A stretch of 64,000 nucleotides of DNA from NCBI GenBank assembly GCA_965277405.1, contig OZ255726.1, positions 1,408,001 through 1,472,000 on the forward strand, given 5' to 3'. The notes beneath the pieces were generated by a model, which saw only the letters and a program-made list of their open reading frames with translations, was not told the DNA's origin and made no database searches. Position numbers and translations under genes: made by a program. Of the stretch, positions 1-10,814 are shown one piece after another (positions within the stretch are counted from its first letter, which is position 1; every line of letters begins with the position of its first letter). This DNA is from Gammaproteobacteria bacterium. GTDB taxonomy: Bacteria; Pseudomonadota; Gammaproteobacteria; G965277405.

Positions 1-1
1 A

Positions 2-433
2 CAACACGGTATTAACGCCGCATTGAATTATGGGTATACAGTATTGCGTGCAGCAACCGCCCGCTCAATTTTGGTGGCTGGACTGCATCCATCGCTTTCC
101 ATCCACCATCAAAGCCGTGGTGATGCGCTACGATTGGCTGATGACTTAATGGAACCATTTCGCCCATTTGTAGACTTGGTTGTGTTGGGGCTAGTAACAG
201 CACAGCAAACGGCGCAAGATATTGAACTAAACAAAGAGACAAAATCCAGACTGGTAGCAGTGTTATCGCTAGACTTGAAGAGTTGTAAAGGAACAAGCCC
301 GTTACAACTGTGCCTTGACCGCCTCGCACAATCACTGGTTGCTGTATTTATGGGGCAACAGACAAAGTTAGAACTACCACAAGCACCATTTGCCTTGCAT
401 AGTTTAATAAAAAGCAACCCAGAGCAGTTATAA
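2..433 (+). CDS. cas1: CRISPR-associated endonuclease Cas1, type II (5'-truncated by window edge)
   Basis: INAALNYGY..LRA and H......LADDLMEPFRPFVD motifs of the Cas1 C-terminal domain; directly upstream of cas2. Confidence 0.95.
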   Translation, partial: QHGINAALNYGYTVLRAATARSILVAGLHPSLSIHHQSRGDALRLADDLMEPFRPFVDLVVLGLVTAQQTAQDIELNKETKSRLVAVLSLDLKSCKGTSPLQLCLDRLAQSLVAVFMGQQTKLELPQAPFALHSLIKSNPEQL

Positions 434-434
434 T

Positions 435-779
435 ATGCACCAAGAAACGACACACTTAAATGGATATAGACTGATGTGGGTTATGGTTTTGTTTGATTTA
501 CCGACAACGACACCCGAAGAACGGCGGGCATATACTTTATTTCGCGCACATTTGCTAGATCAAGCATTCGAAATGGCACAATACTCAGTATACGTGCGCC
601 ATACATCAGGTAAAGATGCCGCGAAAGCTATCATACGCAGAATAACTGTATCTGTGCCGGCAGAAGGCAAGGTTGACATTTTGCAGTTCACCGACAAGCA
701 GTATGCAAACATAATCTGTCTAAGAGGAAAACGTAGAGCATATTCGCCAAAAAACCCCGAACAATTGGTGATGTTTTGA
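435..779 (+). CDS. cas2: CRISPR-associated Cas2, type II
   Basis: YRLMWVMVLFDLPT..E..AY..FR..L...F...QYSVY signature; no csn2 or cas4 between cas2 and the array, so subtype II-C. Confidence 0.95.
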   Translation: MHQETTHLNGYRLMWVMVLFDLPTTTPEERRAYTLFRAHLLDQAFEMAQYSVYVRHTSGKDAAKAIIRRITVSVPAEGKVDILQFTDKQYANIICLRGKRRAYSPKNPEQLVMF

Positions 780-783
780 TGAA

Positions 784-827
784 AACCGAGGATATTTTAA
801 TAAGAATTCTATTAAAAAACCTCGGTT
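784..827. terminator. Long inverted repeat in the cas2-array leader; possible terminator between convergent cas and crRNA transcripts
   Basis: AACCGAGG (784-791) ... CCTCGGTT (820-827) with an AT-rich inner stem TTTTAATA/TATTAAAA. Confidence 0.5.
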
Positions 828-851
828 ATTCAACGATATAGCTGCAAGCTA

Positions 852-3800
852 AGTATAGCACTCTGGAAAATGAAAGCCAACCGCAACACAAGGGTTGGCT
901 TATTGCTACACTTGTGTAGTATAGCACTCTGGAAAATGAAAGCCAACCGCAACATATGGGTAGCAGTTTAGCTTGATTTGGATAGTATAGCACTCTGGAA
1001 AATGAAAGCCAACCGCAACACACGCAGAGCTCTTGCGCACTTCTCACTTAGTATAGCACTCTGGAAAATGAAAGCCAACCGCAACGGAATGATAGGTAGT
1101 AATGTCCGCGGCATGAGTATAGCACTCTGGAAAATGAAAGCCAACCGCAACTTTCCACCTCTTTTAACCCCCTATATCTTGAGTATAGCACTCTGGAAAA
1201 TGAAAGCCAACCGCAACACATCATCCCATGCGTCCGTAAAACGATTTAGTATAGCACTCTGGAAAATGAAAGCCAACCGCAACACCCGTCGTCGCTATAA
1301 GTAGATTCTGGAAAGTATAGCACTCTGGAAAATGAAAGCCAACCGCAACAAAAATGAATGAACTCCCTTATAAACTATAAGTATAGCACTCTGGAAAATG
1401 AAAGCCAACCGCAACAACTTCTTTCATAGATAAAAGATATTCGTTAGTATAGCACTCTGGAAAATGAAAGCCAACCGCAACCTATATAAATTTTGCTGCC
1501 TTTTTTTATATAGTATAGCACTCTGGAAAATGAAAGCCAACCGCAACCCGATACACCAGCAGCACTTTTGGTGCATTAGTATAGCACTCTGGAAAATGAA
1601 AGCCAACCGCAACATGTGTTTTAAACTTACGTCCGCCAGTTTTAGTATAGCACTCTGGAAAATGAAAGCCAACCGCAACCTAATTTGTGCCCAACCATTG
1701 GCAGATGACAGTATAGCACTCTGGAAAATGAAAGCCAACCGCAACTGCTTTAAAACCCAACGATACACAACTTTAAGTATAGCACTCTGGAAAATGAAAG
1801 CCAACCGCAACCGAACGTGGCGCAATAAAATTAAAAAGCGGAGTATAGCACTCTGGAAAATGAAAGCCAACCGCAACTTTACCCCGCTTTCGGTGGTTAA
1901 AGGCTTAAGTATAGCACTCTGGAAAATGAAAGCCAACCGCAACGTGCACCACTGCCGCCGTGCCAAAATACGCAGTATAGCACTCTGGAAAATGAAAGCC
2001 AACCGCAACAGTGCTTTAGGGTTTTAAAACCAAATGGAAAGTATAGCACTCTGGAAAATGAAAGCCAACCGCAACCAACGCATCACGAGGGTTTGCATAT
2101 TCTAAAGTATAGCACTCTGGAAAATGAAAGCCAACCGCAACAGACCTTTATTAAAAACCTCTTGCTTGACAAGTATAGCACTCTGGAAAATGAAAGCCAA
2201 CCGCAACACTTGGCACCTCGATTTTAAATATTGAAAAGTATAGCACTCTGGAAAATGAAAGCCAACCGCAACAATGAGCAAGTGGAACATCACGCTAGCG
2301 TAGTATAGCACTCTGGAAAATGAAAGCCAACCGCAACCAAAAACAGCTATCTTCCCTAAGCGCGGAGAGTATAGCACTCTGGAAAATGAAAGCCAACCGC
2401 AACTCAAAACGAGTTTGGTAATCTGGTTCTTTGAGTATAGCACTCTGGAAAATGAAAGCCAACCGCAACATTCTGTGCAGTCTGCCACCCTAATGATTAA
2501 GTATAGCACTCTGGAAAATGAAAGCCAACCGCAACATGGGTTACGTCGCTGCCAATTTCTTGCGGAGTATAGCACTCTGGAAAATGAAAGCCAACCGCAA
2601 CTCACGGCGTTTTGTGTGATTTGCGATTGTGAGTATAGCACTCTGGAAAATGAAAGCCAACCGCAACTGAAACTCAGCAGACTTTCTGTCACCGCCCAGT
2701 ATAGCACTCTGGAAAATGAAAGCCAACCGCAACTGCCTGCGAGAAGAATATGAACCATTAAAAAGTATAGCACTCTGGAAAATGAAAGCCAACCGCAACT
2801 CCATCCGCCGCACAGGCTCATACACAGCTAGTATAGCACTCTGGAAAATGAAAGCCAACCGCAACAACCAAACCCCTGGTTGCTCATTCTCTATAAGTAT
2901 AGCACTCTGGAAAATGAAAGCCAACCGCAACTGCAACTAGTTCAGCCTTGTATTTTCTTTCAGTATAGCACTCTGGAAAATGAAAGCCAACCGCAACCAT
3001 CGCCTTAAACACCCCAGTTGCCAACGAAGTATAGCACTCTGGAAAATGAAAGCCAACCGCAACACTTTGGGACGAATGGAGCCAGACAAGCGCAGTATAG
3101 CACTCTGGAAAATGAAAGCCAACCGCAACCTACCAATGATTTCTTCGTGCGTCACGTCGAGTATAGCACTCTGGAAAATGAAAGCCAACCGCAACTGGAA
3201 TGTATGATTGTGATGTTCATGATGCAGTATAGCACTCTGGAAAATGAAAGCCAACCGCAACCCAACAACCTGCCATTGGGCGCTCCAATCGAGTATAGCA
3301 CTCTGGAAAATGAAAGCCAACCGCAACTTTGGCGTTCGCCGATATATCGCCATGAACAGTATAGCACTCTGGAAAATGAAAGCCAACCGCAACGCTATCG
3401 TGGGTTCTATTGCATTTGCTGCAAGTATAGCACTCTGGAAAATGAAAGCCAACCGCAACAGAAAACAATCTAACGTCGGTAAAAATATCAGTATAGCACT
3501 CTGGAAAATGAAAGCCAACCGCAACGCTTATACCACATGGCGGCCAAGCGCATGGAGTATAGCACTCTGGAAAATGAAAGCCAACCGCAACAAATGTCAA
3601 TTTGCGCCAATGTTCTCAATAAGTATAGCACTCTGGAAAATGAAAGCCAACCGCAACTGCCAATGATTTGTTTAAGCGCAATTGCCGAGTATAGCACTCT
3701 GGAAAATGAAAGCCAACCGCAACTTAAAAAATGAACGAACTCCCTTATAAACTAGTATAGCACTCTGGAAAATGAAAGCCAACCGCAACCTAAAATCCCT

Positions 3801-6800
3801 GCATTCATCAGGGTTATGCAGTATAGCACTCTGGAAAATGAAAGCCAACCGCAACCTCGAATTAGAACAAGCCACGGTTGAAGTCAGTATAGCACTCTGG
3901 AAAATGAAAGCCAACCGCAACCTAAAATCCCTGCATTCATCAGGGTTATGCAGTATAGCACTCTGGAAAATGAAAGCCAACCGCAACCTCGAATTAGAAC
4001 AAGTCACGGTTGAAGTCAGTATAGCACTCTGGAAAATGAAAGCCAACCGCAACTTCTGCTACCACGTCTTGCACGCAGTAGGCAGTATAGCACTCTGGAA
4101 AATGAAAGCCAACCGCAACAGAGCCATCTGTTAATCCATGGGCTAACGCAGTATAGCACTCTGGAAAATGAAAGCCAACCGCAACTGGCGTCGACCTTGA
4201 CGCCTTTGCCGTATTAGTATAGCACTCTGGAAAATGAAAGCCAACCGCAACCAAAGGATAGCTAACGTCATCCCCCTGATTAGTATAGCACTCTGGAAAA
4301 TGAAAGCCAACCGCAACGTTTATTAAGCGTATCAATAGCTGACGCGCAGTATAGCACTCTGGAAAATGAAAGCCAACCGCAACTTACAGTGAATTCGCAG
4401 CGGTCGGGAGATTAGTATAGCACTCTGGAAAATGAAAGCCAACCGCAACAGTTCTATAAAATGTACCATTTGTGGACGGAGTATAGCACTCTGGAAAATG
4501 AAAGCCAACCGCAACTTCTGCTACCACGTCTTGCACGCAGTAGGCAGTATAGCACTCTGGAAAATGAAAGCCAACCGCAACTGGCGTCGACCTTGACGCC
4601 TTTGCCGTATTAGTATAGCACTCTGGAAAATGAAAGCCAACCGCAACCAAAGGATAGCTAACGTCATCCCCCTGATTAGTATAGCACTCTGGAAAATGAA
4701 AGCCAACCGCAACGTTTATTAAGCGTATCAATAGCTGACGCGCAGTATAGCACTCTGGAAAATGAAAGCCAACCGCAACCTATGCTGCAAAATGCCGCTG
4801 CGCCTAGGCAGTATAGCACTCTGGAAAATGAAAGCCAACCGCAACCAACCGTTTTAATAGTGCCTAAAGCCATTTAGTATAGCACTCTGGAAAATGAAAG
4901 CCAACCGCAACCAACCGTTTTAATAGTGCCTAAAGCCATTTAGTATAGCACTCTGGAAAATGAAAGCCAACCGCAACAAAGGTCGTAAATAGGCTATCAG
5001 TTGCCCCAGTATAGCACTCTGGAAAATGAAAGCCAACCGCAACTATGAAAGGCGTTATTGCAATGTTTATTGCAGTATAGCACTCTGGAAAATGAAAGCC
5101 AACCGCAACCTAAACAGTTGTAAGTAGTCCACCCACCCCAGTATAGCACTCTGGAAAATGAAAGCCAACCGCAACCCGCCTGCGGCGGTGACCACATACC
5201 AATTAAGTATAGCACTCTGGAAAATGAAAGCCAACCGCAACTTTGCTTTGTAAGGTAATACGGATTCCAGCAGTATAGCACTCTGGAAAATGAAAGCCAA
5301 CCGCAACCAACCGTTTTAATAGTGCCTAAAGCCATTTAGTATAGCACTCTGGAAAATGAAAGCCAACCGCAACCAGGCGGCTGGTCGTTATTGGGTGGCG
5401 GATAGTATAGCACTCTGGAAAATGAAAGCCAACCGCAACTAACAAGCGACGTTTCCCACCAATGCATGGAGTATAGCACTCTGGAAAATGAAAGCCAACC
5501 GCAACAAAGGTCGTAAATAGGCTATCAGTTGCCCCAGTATAGCACTCTGGAAAATGAAAGCCAACCGCAACCTTCAGCTAACACGCGTTTAGCAATCGAA
5601 CAGTATAGCACTCTGGAAAATGAAAGCCAACCGCAACAACGGACACTGTCATGAGTAACCCTCCAAAAGTATAGCACTCTGGAAAATGAAAGCCAACCGC
5701 AACTAGCGAGGAGTAGGCTACTGTTTGCCGCCCAGTATAGCACTCTGGAAAATGAAAGCCAACCGCAACAAATGTCAATTTGCGCCAATGTTCTCAATAA
5801 GTATAGCACTCTGGAAAATGAAAGCCAACCGCAACATGCGGAGTGTCATAAAATCGCAGACGAATAGTATAGCACTCTGGAAAATGAAAGCCAACCGCAA
5901 CTGCCTACTGGTTCAATAATTTCAATGGCAAAGTATAGCACTCTGGAAAATGAAAGCCAACCGCAACTTCCACATGAAAATGCGTCGGTATGCATTAGTA
6001 TAGCACTCTGGAAAATGAAAGCCAACCGCAACAGTTTATGCCTTGTTATGTGTTTCATTTTAAGTATAGCACTCTGGAAAATGAAAGCTAACCGCAACCT
6101 CTCATTGATGATGTTGAATGTTTGCGGGAGTATAGCACTCTGGAAAATGAAAGCCAACCGCAACTTGTTGAGCAAATTACAATATATAATTACGAGTATA
6201 GCACTCTGGAAAATGAAAGCCAACCGCAACCTTTTTGACGCCATCGACCGAATCGCAGTAAGTATAGCACTCTGGAAAATGAAAGCCAACCGCAACTAAA
6301 TTGTTCAGTGGGGTGCTGGGGAATTCAGTATAGCACTCTGGAAAATGAAAGCCAACCGCAACCCATTCTCAAGAAGCTAATTGGCTGGGCTGAGTATAGC
6401 ACTCTGGAAAATGAAAGCCAACCGCAACTATCGCTCATATTTTCATTTGCCACATACCAGTATAGCACTCTGGAAAATGAAAGCCAACCGCAACCTGCGC
6501 CACGTTTAAGTTTTACGTATGCTTAGTATAGCACTCTGGAAAATGAAAGCCAACCGCAACTGATGGCCCGCACTACCAGCTTTCTTGGAAAGTATAGCAC
6601 TCTGGAAAATGAAAGCCAACCGCAACAACGCTTCATGAGGATTCGTGTATTCTAATAGTATAGCACTCTGGAAAATGAAAGCCAACCGCAACCCTTGGGT
6701 CTCAGAAGGATTTGGTACGTGTAGTATAGCATTCTGGAAAATGAAAGCCAACCGCAACCTGTCAAGTTAACGTGAGTCCTGCCTGCCAAGTATAGCACTC

Positions 6801-7712
6801 TGGAAAATGAAAGCCAACCGCAACCAGGCGTTTTAATAGTGCCTAAAGCCATTTAGTATAGCACTCTGGAAAATGAAAGCCAACCGCAACCTACGCTAAA
6901 TACGTTTTAAACATCGACAAGAGTATAGCACTCTGGAAAATGAAAGCCAACCGCAACATTTGCCACAAACGAAGGTGGCAATTATGGAGTATAGCACTCT
7001 GGAAAATGAAAGCCAACCGCAACTGAGGTTGGTGGTGTAGGTTGTGGCGATACAGTATAGCACTCTGGAAAATGAAAGCCAACCGCAACAAAACGCAACG
7101 CAGGGAGCACAGGCAATGCAGTATAGCACTCTGGAAAATGAAAGCCAACCGCAACAAAGCCACGGACGACGAAATAAGCTTGGTTAGTATAGCACTCTGG
7201 ATAATGAAAGCCAACCGCAACCGTGGTAGCTAAAGACAAATTAGCTACTGGAGTATAGCACTCTGGAAAATGAAAGCCAACCGCAACATGACGATAAAAG
7301 GCAAAGCACGTCTTGCCAAGTATAGCACTCTGGAAAATGAAAGCAAACCGCAACAGTTACAGCAGTCCGCACTAACTCGTTTACAGTATAGCACTCTGGA
7401 AAATGAAAGCCAACCGCAACACCAAAACATACGACAGAACACTTGATAAAGTATAGCACCCTGGAAAATGAAAGCCAACCGCAACCGATTATCTGTTGGG
7501 GCAACTGATAGCCTAAGTATAGCACTCTGGAAAATGAAAGCCAACCGCAACAGATTTACAGGCGTTCGGAGTGTTGGTATAAGTATAGCACTCTGGAAAA
7601 TGAAAGCCAACCGCAACCACTCTAACAAAACTAATAGATATTTTTGTAGTATAGAACTCTGGAAAATGAAAGCCAACCGCAACAGCCTGGGTGAATGAAA
7701 GCCAACCGCAAC
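852..7712 (-). CRISPR. Type II-C CRISPR array: ~104 full 36-bp repeats, mostly 30-bp spacers, plus a 19-bp partial terminal repeat
   Basis: Repeat AGTATAGCACTCTGGAAAATGAAAGCCAACCGCAAC (minus strand GTTGCGGTTGGCTTTCATTTTCCAGAGTGCTATACT) at a 66-bp period from 852 to 7648; count derived from the period; mutated repeats cluster at the cas-distal end. Confidence 0.99.
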
Positions 7713-7725
7713 TAAGTTTACTTAA

Positions 7726-8975
7726 GGAACCTCTGATTAAGTCCCAAACAACAGCAATATCAGCTAGAAAGATATACAATGGTGAATCTATTTGAATATT
7801 TGAATAAGCGGATAATCTTATGAAACAAAGAACTTTTGCCAGTGCTGCATACGACCACAAGAAAGTAACAACGAAACCAAAAAAAATTCTTGCAATTGAT
7901 GGACAAATTAGCTCCGTGTTAGGGTTAATAGCGGTTGTTAGCGTTAATTTAGCGTTAATAGAACCGCATTATCCCAAGAAAGGGAATGGCCAGGACTACC
8001 AATTAATATGCAGACCATGTTACGCGTTTATTGTTTACAGCAATGGTACAACTTATCAGACCCAGGGGTAGAAGAAGCACTATATGACATGGAAAGCATG
8101 CGGCGTTTTGCCCATATAGAGCTGATAGACGATGCCATCCCTGATGAAACCACCATCTTGAACTTGCCCGCAGGGTCATACAAAATCATCAACTCAGCGT
8201 CAAGATACTTGCTGTGGTGAATGAGTATTTTATGGAAAATAATATAACAATCTCACAAGGGACGATGGTTGATGCCACGACCATCAATGCGCCATCATCT
8301 ACGAAGAATAAAGAGAAAAAACGGGATCCTGAAATGCATCAAACCCGCAAAGGCAATCAGTGGTATTTTGGCATGAAGATTCATATAGGAACTGACGCTA
8401 ATAGCAATATGATGCATAGCGCGGCAATGCCTACCACCACAGCCGCGAATGAAGCGGACATCAATGAACTCCCCAAATTGCTGCGTGAAACAGATAAGGT
8501 TATCTTTGCCGATGCAGGATATACGAGCGACAGTTATAAACGCGGCTCGCGTCACCTTGGGATAGATTGGCGCGTGAATGATAAACGTAAACCAAAGCAG
8601 CAAATGAGCGGCTCGCAGCGCCAACGCAATACACAGAACTCTAATGCGCGCCCGGATTGAGCACTGTTTTCGGGTAATCAAATGTCAGTTTGGTTATAAG
8701 AAAGCTCGCTACAAAGGACTAGAAAAGAATCGAGTACAAGTATTTTCTTTGCTTGCATTGACGAACTTATACATGCTGCGCGGACGACTAACGGGATAGA
8801 ACCGCCCAAAATTCAAGAAAAACAGTAAAAAACAATAAAAACAGTAAAAAACAGTAAAACAGCAACACGAAGATCAGCGAAATGATCAAATATTGACCAT
8901 TGAAAATTATTGCTATTATTTTTTTGGAGTATATGCGAGTTATTGGAGTATATGAGCGTCTTAATCAGAGCTTCC
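7726..8975 (+). mobile_element. IS5-family insertion sequence, copy 1, frameshifted transposase
   Basis: TIRs GGAACCTCTGATTAAG / CTTAATCAGAGCTTCC; transposase split over ORFs at 7820, 8008 and 8214; flanks TTAA/TTAG. Confidence 0.95.
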
Positions 8976-9726
8976 TTAGTAAATCTCCCTGCTGAGGAAG
9001 GCTCTTCAGCAACCTGTCATCTTTCATGCTTGCAAAAACTTTTGCAAGGTTGGCTATGTTGGTTGATCTGCTCTTTGCTAACTTCAATGCTCCCAAATTC
9101 AATAGGAGCTGATTACCACGCGCATCCACAGACATGTCCTGATATTGAGCAACGTATAAAGGCAGGCCAGATTTCAGAGTTTCTTTTCCAGCATTTAATG
9201 TGCCGCCTTTTTCTCCTGCCTCAATGACAATCATCACCCGACTGAGCGCAATGATTAGTTGGTTGCGTCTCATAGCCCTAAATGCTTGCCACGGCGCGCC
9301 TAGCTCAAACTGGCTTACCACCAAAACCCGCTCCCAATTCCAAACAGGTTGAAGCATTCTTTTAATTTTGAAATGATTGATACCTTCAGGTAGGACAAAA
9401 ATGGTTTTGCCACCAGCTTTCAGGCAATTGTAGTGGGCCTTAAAATCAACGCCCGCGGCGTTCCCAGAAACCACAGACACATTGTTATGTGCTGCTTGAT
9501 CTGCACAATCCCGTGCTGTTTCCAACCCTTTCTGGCTTGATTTGCGTGACCCACAAAAACCCAGACCCGCCATATTCAGCAGGTCGCTGTTGCCGACCAT
9601 ATCCAGATGCTTAGGCGCTGTATTGCCCATGATAATCTTCACCCGTTGCGGATATAGCGCATCATCAAGCTCAACCCTGAACGGTCTCCTATCAATATTT
9701 TTGTTGTCAAAGGTCAAATCACTCAT
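8965..9726 (-). CDS. DprA/Smf-like Rossmann-fold protein (ShosA-like antitoxin or sensor)
   Basis: GFCGSRKSS..G, VVSGNAAGVD..AH, RRNQLIIALS..IVIEAGEKGGT DprA motifs; 253 aa, shorter than housekeeping DprA; stop codon lies inside the IS5 TIR. Confidence 0.9.
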   Translation of the reverse strand: MSDLTFDNKNIDRRPFRVELDDALYPQRVKIIMGNTAPKHLDMVGNSDLLNMAGLGFCGSRKSSQKGLETARDCADQAAHNNVSVVSGNAAGVDFKAHYNCLKAGGKTIFVLPEGINHFKIKRMLQPVWNWERVLVVSQFELGAPWQAFRAMRRNQLIIALSRVMIVIEAGEKGGTLNAGKETLKSGLPLYVAQYQDMSVDARGNQLLLNLGALKLAKSRSTNIANLAKVFASMKDDRLLKSLPQQGDLLRKL

Positions 9727-9729
9727 GCT

Positions 9730-10548
9730 CTATTCATTGTCCGTATCACGCAATGTTTTAACAAAGCTACACCCGTACACTTCCTTCGCCCCAGCTTGCT
9801 GTAGCTTCATTGCGATATATTGAATTGTCATTCCTGACTGGTATATGTCATCAATTAGGATTACCGTTTTATTATTCACATTGAATGCATGACTGTTATG
9901 AAAGGTGACTTTAGCGTCTTCCCAATTATTCCACTTCTCATCAAATTTAGAATCCTTCACAAATGATTTTTGCCCTGTAAAAACAAAGCCGCCTGTTACA
10001 TCTTGTTTAGCTGTTTTTGTGCTCACAAGTGACGTTACGCTACTAGGCAGGTCAAAGTCCTTAGCTGGACTTGCTGGCACTGAGCAAATTAAATCGGCAT
10101 CTTGGAAATAAGGTAGGTCTTGGATGACTTGTGAAACTGTATCTGCGAGCTCATTTATGGAATTTTGATCCATTTTGTGTTTGCCATCATCCACAAGGTC
10201 TCCCGTCTTAGTACGTTTGCGCGAAGAATTGTCAGTGAAGTTTGTGTCGAGAGCAACACTGAGCGATAAGCAGCCACGCAAATAAATCAGATTACCTTGC
10301 TTTGCTTCCCATTTTTCAACGGTTTTAATTTCCTTTTGGTTAAGATAACGCCAATAATTCTCATATTCTTGGCTTTCTTTGAGATCTAATCCTGTTTGCT
10401 CTTCAAAGACTTTTTTTGCAGATTCGATTGCCACAGAAAAAGTTGGCTTATCTTTATCTTTTTGAACCCCAGAATTACCTGCAAAGCATTTTCTTCGTGG
10501 CTTCAGCTTATGAGCGGCGAGAACGGCATCTTTTGTGATTTCTTTCAT
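9730..10548 (-). CDS. Type I phosphoribosyltransferase, ComF-like (ShosT-like effector)
   Basis: PRPP-binding motif VILIDDIYQSGMTI, CSVPAS, C-terminal LQQAGAKEVY; 3 bp upstream of the DprA-like gene. Confidence 0.85.
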   Translation of the reverse strand: MKEITKDAVLAAHKLKPRRKCFAGNSGVQKDKDKPTFSVAIESAKKVFEEQTGLDLKESQEYENYWRYLNQKEIKTVEKWEAKQGNLIYLRGCLSLSVALDTNFTDNSSRKRTKTGDLVDDGKHKMDQNSINELADTVSQVIQDLPYFQDADLICSVPASPAKDFDLPSSVTSLVSTKTAKQDVTGGFVFTGQKSFVKDSKFDEKWNNWEDAKVTFHNSHAFNVNNKTVILIDDIYQSGMTIQYIAMKLQQAGAKEVYGCSFVKTLRDTDNE

Positions 10549-10796
10549 CTTAAAAAACTTCCTTATGTTAACTTGATGCCTTTTTTTTCTCTTGCTGCGA
10601 TGTACAGCTAATTATTTCATTCTTCTGCAATCACCTTGTACGACCTACTTTGAAGCTAGGTACTTTACCATCAACTACAAAATCGATACCATCAACTGCA
10701 AATCAATAAGTAAGTTTTCTTACATTTTAAGATAATCGGCGAGTTCTGTCAAGGTCATAATGTCATTATTGGGCATGGCTTTAATATCCTTCTAGG

Positions 10797-10814
10797 GAAG
10801 CTCTGAACAATCCA
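10797..10814 (+). mobile_element. Orphan IS5-type terminal repeat relic
   Basis: CTAG|GGAAGCTCTGAACAATCC resembles the family TIR and is preceded by a YTAR target; no partner end found. Confidence 0.4.

Noticed and set aside
1-851. cas9 and tracrRNA
   Set aside because: Not visible here; presumably upstream of the window, so the II-C call rests on cas1/cas2, repeat type and absence of csn2/cas4
3328-3357. Spacer sharing TTCGCCGATATAT with the MuF relic near 20382 (possible self-targeting)
   Set aside because: Only 13 bp and the flanks disagree; expected by chance with about 100 spacers. I found no full spacer match elsewhere in the window by eye, which is not an exhaustive search
5902-5931. 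Spacer reverse complement resembles CCATTGAAAATTATTG in the IS5 right end
   Set aside because: Short, gapped, AT-rich match
826-7860. Dozens of ORFs with repeated SIALWKMKANRN / LRLAFIFQSAIL peptides
   Set aside because: Translations of the 66-bp CRISPR unit, not genes
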